Part shown: piece after piece, positions 1-8,811 of the stretch
How the letters are laid out: each line of letters begins with the position of its first letter
How positions within the stretch are numbered: the first letter of the stretch is position 1
Origin: a virus
Taxonomy: Duplodnaviria > Caudoviricetes
Reading direction: 5' to 3' (one strand)
DNA length: 24,905 nt
IMG/VR virus record: IMGVR_UViG_3300030376_003337
Span: 1 to 24,905 of that record
The notes under the pieces: model-generated
What the model was told of the DNA's origin: nothing
Database searches by the model: none
Seen by the model: the letters and a program-made list of their open reading frames with translations, nothing else
Translations under genes and position numbers: made by a program

Positions 1-2
1 GT

Positions 3-98
3 AAAGAGACAGTAGATGAGAAAATCGTAAAAGCTCTCCGTAAAAAAATAAACATAGCATCAGAAGTTTTAGGAGAAGAATTAAAGTCATGGATATAA
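3..98 (+). CDS. 3' end (partial) of a probable SNF2/superfamily-2 helicase
   Basis: Own translation of frame 3 gives KETVDEKIVKALRKKINIASEVLGEELKSWI*. The T[IV]DE.I..AL..K pattern is typical of the C-terminus of phage SNF2-like helicases. It converges with the structural operon and is not in the supplied ORF track. Confidence 0.65.
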   Translation, partial: KETVDEKIVKALRKKINIASEVLGEELKSWI

Positions 99-105
99 TA
101 GGATA

Positions 106-130
106 TACATGCGACGCGCGCTGTAATTTT
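106..130. terminator. Possible weak or bidirectional terminator between convergent genes
   Basis: Imperfect GC-rich hairpin TACA-T-GCG-acgcg-CGC-TGTA followed by ATTTTT, in the 31-nt gap between two convergent stop codons. Confidence 0.3.
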
Positions 131-606
131 TACACTAGGTCTTTTGCTTTACCTAGTATTGGTTTATATTTAGTTTTACCTTCAAATTTGTAAGCATGTA
201 AATAAGATGCTCGTGGTGTTCCTTCAATCCAGCTGCAATGTATCCACCCACTGTTAGGTTCGCCGGGCGTGTAGTACTCGAGTATGAGCTGGTCTGGTGA
301 AAGGTTAGATTTGATCCAATCAAAAAGTTCAGCGTTATCTACGCCAATACATTCGAAGTCTGCGGCTTCAGCTTTTGCATGCTGCGATCGTGCCGAGCTG
401 CCAATGGCTTCACACAACTCTACGCTACGAAATCCGCTGGTTATTTTTACTCTGCCAAAATGGTCCCGCACTGGCTGTAAAATATTTTCGCACAATGCTT
501 TTAATTTTTCTACTTGTTCTGCACTAGGGTTGTTATTAATGCCCCTACGTATTGCAGTATCCGATTTAGTTAATTCTGAAAGTGTAAAGTTTCGTGAAAG
601 ATTCAT
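130..606 (-). CDS. Peptidase M15A family Zn peptidase, probable endolysin (158 aa, starting at MNLSRNF)
   Basis: Motifs NFTLSELTKS, ITSGFRS, SQHAKAEAAD (H..D Zn ligands) and WIHCS. The ATG at 606-604 overlaps the upstream TGA (ATGA coupling), so the 660 start in the ORF track is probably too long. Confidence 0.88.
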   Translation of the reverse strand: MNLSRNFTLSELTKSDTAIRRGINNNPSAEQVEKLKALCENILQPVRDHFGRVKITSGFRSVELCEAIGSSARSQHAKAEAADFECIGVDNAELFDWIKSNLSPDQLILEYYTPGEPNSGWIHCSWIEGTPRASYLHAYKFEGKTKYKPILGKAKDLV

Positions 607-3600
607 GATATATCCGTGAGTAAAGTTATAAGGACAGCTCCCATACCTCCAACTATCCAATATTCTAATCTTTTAATTCGTTCTTGCATTTCTTTTATTA
701 CCTTTTCTGTTGGAGATAGTAATGCTTCCTCGTTACGTGTCAAGTTAGTTTGTGGGTTAATTTGTTGCGTATTACTTGCCATTTTTTTAGGCATTGGTGT
801 GTTTGGTAATGGTGGTGTTTGTATTTTACTCATAGGTTCACCAGGTAAAACTTTGTTAATTAAATTTTTACCACGTTGTATTAATCCAGGTCCCTCTTTA
901 AAAAATTTCCCAAATATTCCACCAACGTTAGGATTTTTACCTTCTTTGTATACTTTTAATTTACCTTCAGGATCTAGTTTTTTAAATCTATAACTATTTT
1001 TTAATAAGTTTAATTGAAGTTTAGGATATAAATAATTTTCATCTACAATATATATGTAATCAGAACTTTCTTTTGTTTTATCTTTAGCTAATTGTTTTAC
1101 TGCCTTAACTTTCTTTTTAAATCTAGGATCAGAATAATTAATAGGTGTAAATATACCGTTCATTAAATTATTTATCATTTTACTACCTACACCTTGTTCT
1201 TTTAATTTTTTTCTAATATCTAAATTAGATAAACCAATAGTTTTTGCATCAACAATCATTTTATAAAAATCTTGTTGTATTTTATATCCTTCTAATTGCA
1301 TTTGATTATACTCTTGAAGTATTACTTCTGGTCCTCTTGATTTATAATTTTGAGGAGAATATATTTTTTCAGTGTCATCAATAGCCCTCATTAATCTGTT
1401 AAACTCACCGGTTTTGTATTCCATAGATTTTAATATATCTATATTAATTATTCTAACTCCAGATAATAATGCAATTAATTCATCTTTTAAATTAACCGGT
1501 TGACCACCTTTAGTTAAATCACCTGTCGCACCTTTTATCATTTTTTGTGCTGTTGATACTAAACCAGGTTCTACTGCATTCATTAAGTGCATAAATGATT
1601 TTTGAACTTTATCTCCAATGTCATCAGATTCAGAATAAATTCTAACACCTTCAGAAGTTTTACCCCCTCTACCTCCAAGTAATATGCCACCTGGTTGCAC
1701 ATCTAATAAAGCCTCTAGTCCTAATTGCTCAGATATAAATGGTCTTAACATTTCCATAATTGGTCCATCGGGAGCTAACATCATATTTAATACAAACTCA
1801 GAAGTATCTTCTTCACTTAAATTTTGATCAGCTGCTTTTTGCAATACAGCGTTTAATGGTTTTTGTAAAAAATCATATGGACTAAAATATGAAAAGTTAA
1901 ATGCTTTAGCTTTACCTTTGTCAAAGGCAGTAAATGCTACAAGGTTGGCATTTCTATCCCAGTCAGCAGCAAATGATCTTTGATATGCTTGCCATTGTTC
2001 AGGTGATGTACCTGTTAATGCTTGACTTAAAGCTGTAACTCCAACACCTAGACCACCAAACGCTAAAGGTGTAGTAATTGCTCCCTTAATACCCATCTGT
2101 CTTATTCTAGGGTTAGAGTGTGCCATTTGTTTAAGATTAAAATCCATGATCCGTGTTGCAGTACGCAAGATCTCTGCAGGAAAGGCAACGAAGTTACCAA
2201 GTGGTAATTTTCTAATAGATTGAATTGCTGGTGGTACTTTACTATATGTTGGATACACGTTTCTAATTTCATGTGCAGATATTTCATCTAGTACATTATC
2301 TAATGTACGTTTAGCACCTGTCAGAGGATTAATAGGTCCTATTTTTAAACCCATGTGATTAGCATATTCTAAAGCTTTAGGAATTGTAGGTAATATTTCA
2401 GTCATTTGTGACTTAACATATTGTCTGCCATAAATTTTCCATAAAGAATCACCACCTGCATATAATCGTGTTGCATCTCTGACTAATGGTTTCTTAGTAA
2501 ACGCTTCAAACAATTCGTCTAATGTATTTACAGCACCACCTTTAATATCATTAAGCACCGCACCAAGTTCAGATGATATAATGTTTTCATCCATCGTACC
2601 TAGTGATATTTCTTTTTCTACAAAATCAAATAATTTTTCTTTTGTTATTCTTCCTTTAGGAAATATATCTTCTAATACAATTTTAAATGAGTCTGATACA
2701 CTTGAATTTCCACCTATGTGTCCTCTTGCAAAAGGAAAGAACCCTGCAGAGTATACATTACGAACTTGAGTTTGTGGTGAAAATACTGTCTTACCCATCT
2801 GTGTTAAAACTTTAAACTGTAGTATGTGTCGGTAAATAGATGCTTCAATTAATTTATCTAATGGACCTCTGGTATTTTTTAATGCGTTAGCTAATTCTTT
2901 TGATGCAAACATTCCTTGAATGTCACTACTTAGTACACCAAGACCAGGTATTTTATTTATTCGTTCGTATCCTGGAAACTTCATGGCTTGTGCTTCTGTT
3001 TTAACTAATTGTCCTGAGTCTTGTAAAACTTTTGATAAATTATCATAAGCTCTTTTAGTGTACACTTGACTCATCATTTCTGCTGTAGTCATTGCCACTG
3101 ATGATCGTAAGTTGTCTCCTTTACCCAATAACTTTTGTATAACATCTGGTAATTCTTCACCTCGTTTTAAAAATTTATAGTTATCATCTCTTAAAAATTT
3201 AAGACCTATTTTTCTAAGTGCGGTAATTGGATCCATTTTTTCTGCACGACCTGTGTATAAAATATTTTCTACAATTCTTTTTGCCTGTTCTTTTAATGCA
3301 GCTTCTTTAGTCAAATTAGGAAACTCTAATGCTGCAGCTTCTTTAAAATCTTTGTTAAATCGAACTACTTTTTTTAATACATAATCTACAGCTGCTTCTT
3401 TGTCTTTAGTTAATGGTTGATACATTGGTCTTTCAAATATATCAAAAGATGCTCTCATATATTTATTGCCTCTATTTAATAAATCTTTTTTAAAATCAGC
3501 AAACTTTTGATTGTTTGGTAATGCTTTTGCTAAAGCTTCTCTAAGTTCATCCATATTTTTATTAATGTCTTTTGCAGAAAATCTATACTCTTTAGGTAAG

Positions 3601-5060
3601 TCTTCTAATTTTCTTTGGCCTTTTAAATATTCTGTAACTTTATCTAAATCATACTTTTGTCCGACTCTAGATGTAATACCTTGATTATATTTTCCTTGAA
3701 ATCCTTGAGCTAGTTCATAATAAGATTTATCTAAATCATCTAACGCTTTATTTATTCTTTTTGTTTTTCCTTTAATTGTATTTCTTAATGATTCTTTTAT
3801 TAAACCCATTTCTAATGTGTCTTTAGCAAACGATCTAAAGTTAGATAAAAAATCATCTAATGATGCTGTTTGTGATAATACTTTGTTAGGATTAGTTTTA
3901 GTTAACATTCTCCACTCATTAAATGGTGGTAATTGTTTTGCAACTTTAAGAGGATTAGTCTTGGTCCATGCTCCAATTATAATAGGTGCTACAACTTTTT
4001 CTAATGGTTTAACTGCAGTGTACCTTAATCCTTTGGCCATGTTTGGTAATACATACTTATCCATACTTGCAACTTTAGCAACACCACCTACAGTTTTACC
4101 AGCTACATTTAAACTACCTTTGATTACAGGTTTAGCTCCATATTTATATGTCTGTTGTAATATTTTTGCACCTAGTGGAAAGCCACCACCTATCAATGTG
4201 CCTTCTTTTGCGTATCTAAATTTATTTTTAATAGTGGCTAGTGCTAATTCTCTTCCTTTTAATCCTTTTGTAGATTCAGGTTGAACTATAAAACCATAGT
4301 CTAAATTTGGATCAGATCCAGATCTTACCATGGTTTCTGCTATACCCAGTATAGTTGCATCTCTTGTCATTCTTTGTGCAATTTTAGATGCTTTACTTGT
4401 GCCCATGTATTGTTGTAAGTTTTTAATTTTTTTCCAAGATTTTGCACCATTAACAATTTTAGTTGCAGCGCTTAATGGCACTGCATATTCAGTTAATAAT
4501 TCGGACAATGCTCCAGGTAAAGTTTCTGCTTCACCTAAAACTTCTTTAGTATCCATAATCTTATTAAACTTAGTTTGAAAGTCTGTATCAAATACATAGT
4601 CAATGGGTGTTAGTACAAACTCACTAGCTGATTGCACAAAGTTAGGACCACCTCTCATAATAGATTTAGCTATGTCTGTATAACCTTCTATATATTTTCT
4701 TTTTTTTAATTCTTCTGGTTTTTGTTTTTGTTCATACAAAGCTAACATTGATGGCATAGTAACAGGGTTAAATGTTAGTGCTGCCTGTAGTAAACCTTCT
4801 TTAGTATATTTAGTAGGAAGTTTGCTTCTATCATACGCTTTTTGCATTGCGTAATTAAAAGCATTTTCAAACTCACTTTCGTTTTCAATTACTTTCTTTT
4901 TCTTTCGTTCAATAGTTTTAATAGGTACTTCAGATAATTTTTCTGGAATTTTGTAACGTGTAATATCACCTTCCATAATATTTTCGTTACCAATTTTATC
5001 TATGATATTTTTTTGGATATCACCTAAAAGCGTTCGCTTTTCTTTTTTTTCGTCGGCCAT
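603..5060 (-). CDS. Large putative internal virion/DNA-ejection protein (1485 aa) with a hydrophobic, holin-like C-terminal extension
   Basis: Very long, Cys-free, mostly helical-looking ORF at the end of the tail module, the position of podovirus ejection proteins. It ends in a coiled-coil plus TM segment (KEMQERIKRLEYWIVGGMGAVLITLL). Confidence 0.7.
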   Translation of the reverse strand: MADEKKEKRTLLGDIQKNIIDKIGNENIMEGDITRYKIPEKLSEVPIKTIERKKKKVIENESEFENAFNYAMQKAYDRSKLPTKYTKEGLLQAALTFNPVTMPSMLALYEQKQKPEELKKRKYIEGYTDIAKSIMRGGPNFVQSASEFVLTPIDYVFDTDFQTKFNKIMDTKEVLGEAETLPGALSELLTEYAVPLSAATKIVNGAKSWKKIKNLQQYMGTSKASKIAQRMTRDATILGIAETMVRSGSDPNLDYGFIVQPESTKGLKGRELALATIKNKFRYAKEGTLIGGGFPLGAKILQQTYKYGAKPVIKGSLNVAGKTVGGVAKVASMDKYVLPNMAKGLRYTAVKPLEKVVAPIIIGAWTKTNPLKVAKQLPPFNEWRMLTKTNPNKVLSQTASLDDFLSNFRSFAKDTLEMGLIKESLRNTIKGKTKRINKALDDLDKSYYELAQGFQGKYNQGITSRVGQKYDLDKVTEYLKGQRKLEDLPKEYRFSAKDINKNMDELREALAKALPNNQKFADFKKDLLNRGNKYMRASFDIFERPMYQPLTKDKEAAVDYVLKKVVRFNKDFKEAAALEFPNLTKEAALKEQAKRIVENILYTGRAEKMDPITALRKIGLKFLRDDNYKFLKRGEELPDVIQKLLGKGDNLRSSVAMTTAEMMSQVYTKRAYDNLSKVLQDSGQLVKTEAQAMKFPGYERINKIPGLGVLSSDIQGMFASKELANALKNTRGPLDKLIEASIYRHILQFKVLTQMGKTVFSPQTQVRNVYSAGFFPFARGHIGGNSSVSDSFKIVLEDIFPKGRITKEKLFDFVEKEISLGTMDENIISSELGAVLNDIKGGAVNTLDELFEAFTKKPLVRDATRLYAGGDSLWKIYGRQYVKSQMTEILPTIPKALEYANHMGLKIGPINPLTGAKRTLDNVLDEISAHEIRNVYPTYSKVPPAIQSIRKLPLGNFVAFPAEILRTATRIMDFNLKQMAHSNPRIRQMGIKGAITTPLAFGGLGVGVTALSQALTGTSPEQWQAYQRSFAADWDRNANLVAFTAFDKGKAKAFNFSYFSPYDFLQKPLNAVLQKAADQNLSEEDTSEFVLNMMLAPDGPIMEMLRPFISEQLGLEALLDVQPGGILLGGRGGKTSEGVRIYSESDDIGDKVQKSFMHLMNAVEPGLVSTAQKMIKGATGDLTKGGQPVNLKDELIALLSGVRIINIDILKSMEYKTGEFNRLMRAIDDTEKIYSPQNYKSRGPEVILQEYNQMQLEGYKIQQDFYKMIVDAKTIGLSNLDIRKKLKEQGVGSKMINNLMNGIFTPINYSDPRFKKKVKAVKQLAKDKTKESSDYIYIVDENYLYPKLQLNLLKNSYRFKKLDPEGKLKVYKEGKNPNVGGIFGKFFKEGPGLIQRGKNLINKVLPGEPMSKIQTPPLPNTPMPKKMASNTQQINPQTNLTRNEEALLSPTEKVIKEMQERIKRLEYWIVGGMGAVLITLLTDIS

Positions 5061-5061
5061 T

Positions 5062-6207
5062 TTACGCTCCTGACGGTAAAGATAAATTTACTCCGTACTT
5101 CATATTGAATTCATCAACATCCGTTTGTGTTTGTATTTCTGCAAAATCTATTAATGCTTGTGGGCTTTCTGCTAGAATTACTATGATGTCATCGGTTACT
5201 TCTTTCGGTAATCTTGCTCTTAATTCTTCGTAAGATAAACTGTCTCCTGTTGGTGCAGTTTCTTTTGGTTGTGTTTCTGTAACTTGTATTTGTTCTTCCA
5301 TTACATCTGCTCCACCACCCATATTAAACTTAGCTCTACCACCTTCTGCTAGACCCATAGAATCTTTTATCATTTTATTATATAATTCTATATATCTTTT
5401 AGCTGTTTCTTCTGCAATGTACTTAGGATTTTCATTAGCGTATTCGCCTTCTACTACTTCTATCATTTCTCCTGTAGGTCCTTCAACTTTAATTATTGCT
5501 TCACTGTTTGTTATATCATTTTGTATTGATGTAATAACAAGGTTTGCTTGTTCTTTGTTACCAAACAAAGATGTTACCGCAGGGTTTTTACCTGTGTATC
5601 CTACTAATCTTTGCATTAAAATAGCTTGTTGTTTTGCATAATCTTCATCAGATAAAGCTTGATCTGTTTTTTGATTTGCATCTAATTCAAACAGTTCAGT
5701 CATAAGAGCTTGTATCTCTGCATCGTTTGCTTGTTTAGCAAACATTCTAGATCCACCATCTGATCCAAGGATGTCAGCCTGTGCACCAAGTAACGTTTCA
5801 AACATTCCCGTTTGACTATTATATCTGTTAATTGCTCTCTCTTGTGCTGCTTTGTTGAAAGCTGCTCTGCTTGTTCTAAAATTAGCAAATGGTTCTTTAG
5901 CTGCTGCTCCTGCTGTTTGAAATATGTTTCCACTTGGTGATCTCGATAATAAATCTAAACCAAAGTCTATTTTAAAATCTCTTAATGATGTATCAGGCGC
6001 CATTGGTGGTGCTTGAAAAGCCATGCTGTCTGCTAGATCTTTAATCTGTTGCATGTTCATGTCTCTAAGATTTACTTTAGATAAATCGTTTTTTTGAACT
6101 GTTCCTGCAGGATCTTGATAACCTTGTCTAGGAGCTAGGCCTGAAGTAATACCTTCACCAGCACTACCGCCTTTTCTAAACATTGGTCTTCGCATTATTC
6201 TGTTCAT
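5062..6207 (-). CDS. Putative internal virion/ejection protein (381 aa)
   Basis: N-terminal MNRIMRRPMFRKGG, acidic, Cys-free, C-terminal LRARLPKEVTDDI...FNMKYGVNL. Lies between two other ejection-like genes; AGGA lies upstream. Confidence 0.6.
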   Translation of the reverse strand: MNRIMRRPMFRKGGSAGEGITSGLAPRQGYQDPAGTVQKNDLSKVNLRDMNMQQIKDLADSMAFQAPPMAPDTSLRDFKIDFGLDLLSRSPSGNIFQTAGAAAKEPFANFRTSRAAFNKAAQERAINRYNSQTGMFETLLGAQADILGSDGGSRMFAKQANDAEIQALMTELFELDANQKTDQALSDEDYAKQQAILMQRLVGYTGKNPAVTSLFGNKEQANLVITSIQNDITNSEAIIKVEGPTGEMIEVVEGEYANENPKYIAEETAKRYIELYNKMIKDSMGLAEGGRAKFNMGGGADVMEEQIQVTETQPKETAPTGDSLSYEELRARLPKEVTDDIIVILAESPQALIDFAEIQTQTDVDEFNMKYGVNLSLPSGA

Positions 6208-6215
6208 CGTTTATC

Positions 6216-8129
6216 CTATACGTAATCGAATGCTCTACCTGATTTATTACCACCACCACCAAATATACCACTTAATACACTAGCTGTTCCAAGAGCTGTT
6301 TGTAATGGTGTTGGGTTTGGTGTAATTGTTGATTGTTGACCAAACGGTGCATTACCAGAGAATAGACTTGCAACTCCAGAACCATATGTATTCAACCTTT
6401 CATAAGGTTCAAATGCTTCTAATCTATTTGCTTCTCTTTGCGCATCTAATAATGCTTGTTGTTGTGCTTGTTGTAGACCGCCCAATCGACCCAACTGGTT
6501 AATATCTGCTGTTTGGAAATCTGTTATATCTCCTGCTAAGTTTCTTTGTTGACCAAATGCTCTGTTAGCTAAATTCTGTGCTGTGTTAAATCCTTGTTGT
6601 CTTAGTGTTGCAAGTAATGCAGCTCTATCTAAATTAGATTGTGTTGCTGTTTCTGCTCTCATGACACCTTCTCTACCACCACCTAAGTTACCAGTTTGAG
6701 CAGCTAACAATCCGATACCCGTCATATCTTTTGCTGCTTGTTTATCAAAGTCTGCTAGTGTCGTATCAATTATATCTTGTTGATACGGAGACATAAAACT
6801 TTGGTAACCTGTTGGTCCAGAGTATGCTCCTGCTTGTGTAAGAAAAGGTTGATACGCTCCAACACCTGATGCTGCTAATGATGCAGCTTGTTGCTGCATT
6901 GGGTCTTGTGCTGCTACTTGCGGTGCAAGTTTAGCTGTATCTAATGGTATTGCAGTTAAACCTGCTAATTGTTTTCCGTAATCAACACCAAGGTCTGTTA
7001 CGTATTGTTGTGGTAAATTTTGTACTTGTTCTCTTGCAGGCACGTCATCTGCTTTTTCTCGTTTACCTATTGGAACAAATCCACCTTCAGCTCTATAATC
7101 TTTTTCTAAACCACCAAGGTCCATGATCCCACCTTCGGCTTTTTGATTTTGTGCAGAAAGTATAGCATTTACAGTGTTAGCATCTGTTTGAGTCATTGTA
7201 GAAATTGTATCTACATCCATGCCTCTATTATTCATATCTAAAATCATTGCTGTAGTTTGTTCATCAACTACAGAACCTGCATTTTCAAATCCTATTCTAC
7301 CACCGTTAGCTGCTGTAGTTTTATAAGTTTCAATCATTTCTTCTGGTGTAAATTTTCTAGCAGATACAGCCGGTAAGAAATTTAACCCTGCTGCTAAACC
7401 TTGTTTTTGATCTAATATGTTTGCAGATTTTTTAAGATCAGCTAACATTAATGCTGTTTCATCTGCAGTGGGTTGGCCACCTTGTGATCCATCTTTATTT
7501 TTTTTAGTAAACAAACCTGCAGTAAGACCACCTATTGCAGGTAAAATATATTCTTGTACACCACCCGTACGATATTCTCTACCTTGGTCGTCTGTCTTTT
7601 TTTCACCTTTAAATAATCGATCAAAAACACCTTCATAACCTTCTGGTTCTCTATCAACTCTTGCTTGTGATTCTCTTTCTAAATCTTCAAAAGATTTTCC
7701 AGTAATAGCTACTTCAATTGGATCTTTAATATATTTTTGAAAGAACGATCCAATACCATATTGTTTTCTACCATCGATACCCATGATACCACCATACGCT
7801 GCCATCTGTCTGTTAGGTAAAGTTGGTCCTGTTGGTTTAGGTGCAAAAGGATTAACTGGTTTTGTTGGATCTTCTGGTAATGGATTACCACCGCTCATCA
7901 TACCTTCTCCAATAATCATTCTTCTAAATTCTTCTTTGCTCATTGGTGTAGCATCAGGTCTTTGCTCTAATAAATCATAGATATATTTGTCATACTCTTC
8001 ATCTAATAAAGCATCTACCATCATCATCTTCATTTCTTGTGGAGATTTAGGACCTTCGTTTCCTCTATATTTAATAGATGGTGCGTTAGTCATTAATTCT
8101 TCTGAAATTGATATATCTGTTATTGCCAT
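6216..8129 (-). CDS. Putative internal virion protein (637 aa); appears to be two proteins fused near aa 366/367
   Basis: The N-half carries several AxGG motifs and ends in KADDVPAR. The C-half is Gln/Ala-rich (FMSPYQQDIIDTTL, GGGREGV) like DNA-pilot/ejection proteins, with a hydrophobic Gly-rich end. Confidence 0.6.
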   Translation of the reverse strand: MAITDISISEELMTNAPSIKYRGNEGPKSPQEMKMMMVDALLDEEYDKYIYDLLEQRPDATPMSKEEFRRMIIGEGMMSGGNPLPEDPTKPVNPFAPKPTGPTLPNRQMAAYGGIMGIDGRKQYGIGSFFQKYIKDPIEVAITGKSFEDLERESQARVDREPEGYEGVFDRLFKGEKKTDDQGREYRTGGVQEYILPAIGGLTAGLFTKKNKDGSQGGQPTADETALMLADLKKSANILDQKQGLAAGLNFLPAVSARKFTPEEMIETYKTTAANGGRIGFENAGSVVDEQTTAMILDMNNRGMDVDTISTMTQTDANTVNAILSAQNQKAEGGIMDLGGLEKDYRAEGGFVPIGKREKADDVPAREQVQNLPQQYVTDLGVDYGKQLAGLTAIPLDTAKLAPQVAAQDPMQQQAASLAASGVGAYQPFLTQAGAYSGPTGYQSFMSPYQQDIIDTTLADFDKQAAKDMTGIGLLAAQTGNLGGGREGVMRAETATQSNLDRAALLATLRQQGFNTAQNLANRAFGQQRNLAGDITDFQTADINQLGRLGGLQQAQQQALLDAQREANRLEAFEPYERLNTYGSGVASLFSGNAPFGQQSTITPNPTPLQTALGTASVLSGIFGGGGNKSGRAFDYV

Positions 8130-8138
8130 GGTTTTGCC

Positions 8139-8167
8139 ACTTTACTGTGTTTTTCCTATTAAATCAA
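8139..8167 (-). promoter_or_regulatory. Sigma70-like promoter TTGATT-N17-TAAAGT upstream of the 637-aa gene
   Basis: Minus strand reads TTGATT taataggaaaaacacag TAAAGT, then 9 nt to ATG with no SD, suggesting a near-leaderless transcript. It lies within the last codons of the 56-aa ORF. Confidence 0.45.
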
Positions 8168-8312
8168 GAGCTGGCATAATAACTGTTACATCTCTTTGCA
8201 CGTCTTCTTCTGGAATATTTGCAGCTTTTAATGCTTCTTCAGTCTCGTATACCTCTCCTGTTTTCTTGTTTTTAATTGTAGTTATTATCTTTTCTGGTGT
8301 TAATTCAATCAT
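8142..8312 (-). CDS. Small hypothetical phage protein (56 aa, MIELTPEKIITTIKNKKTGEVYETEE...LIGKTQ)
   Basis: Own translation, below the ORF-track cutoff. The start overlaps the upstream stop (TAATG at 8314-8310) and the ORF fills the gap in the operon. Confidence 0.8.
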   Translation of the reverse strand: MIELTPEKIITTIKNKKTGEVYETEEALKAANIPEEDVQRDVTVIMPALDLIGKTQ

Positions 8313-8647
8313 TATGTTGTTACCTCTTTCTTAATGTTTAGATAGCTAACGCCAAATGTAAAAGCATCTGCACTACCTGCTTTGATTGTTAATGTTGTTC
8401 CTCCCACCACTATTAGTGGTTCAGTTAATAATTCTTTTGTTACATTTGCTGTTAAAGCTGCTGATTTAATTACTACAATACCATTGTTGGTTACTGTTGG
8501 ACTAGGTGTTCCAGCAGATGAAACTAAAATAGATTTAATTACATATGTTTCACTAACTAAAGGATTGTTAGTGCCAAAAGGATTTTTTTCTGTGTTGTCT
8601 GTATTAGCGTTTAATCCTACAAATTTATATTCGTTTATTACTGCCAT
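8312..8647 (-). CDS. Small beta-rich putative virion protein (111 aa)
   Basis: TAATG-coupled on both sides. The Thr/Val-rich beta pattern (LLTEPLIV..G..L.I...S....SYL) resembles the 131-aa protein at 18973-19368. Confidence 0.65.
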   Translation of the reverse strand: MAVINEYKFVGLNANTDNTEKNPFGTNNPLVSETYVIKSILVSSAGTPSPTVTNNGIVVIKSAALTANVTKELLTEPLIVVGGTTLTIKAGSADAFTFGVSYLNIKKEVTT

Positions 8648-8811
8648 TAATCTAAAAAGAAACTTCTAGCTTCTATCTCCTGTTTTAATTCTTCTTGAAA
8701 CGTTGTATTTAATTTTTCTAATACTGCATCTAAATCTCGCACAAGTGATTGTGCTACATCTTCTTCATATTCTGCGCTTGCTCTAGTTAATGATTGTATT
8801 ATTTTAGCCAT
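8647..8811 (-). CDS. Small hypothetical phage protein (54 aa, MAKIIQSLTRASAEYEEDVAQSLVRDLDAVLEKLNTTFQEELKQEIEARSFFLD)
   Basis: Own translation. TAATG coupling at both ends; helical/coiled-coil character. Confidence 0.8.
   Translation of the reverse strand: MAKIIQSLTRASAEYEEDVAQSLVRDLDAVLEKLNTTFQEELKQEIEARSFFLD

Noticed and set aside
607-660. 18-aa N-terminal extension of the peptidase ORF (start at 660)
   Set aside because: It overlaps the upstream gene's 3' end. The family begins at MNLS.NF, and the ATG at 606 is coupled by ATGA.
603-5060. Virion RNA polymerase or lytic transglycosylase domain in the 1485-aa protein
   Set aside because: I could not find DxDGD, T7-type polymerase motifs or an SLT E-S motif by eye. 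A profile search would be needed to exclude a divergent domain.
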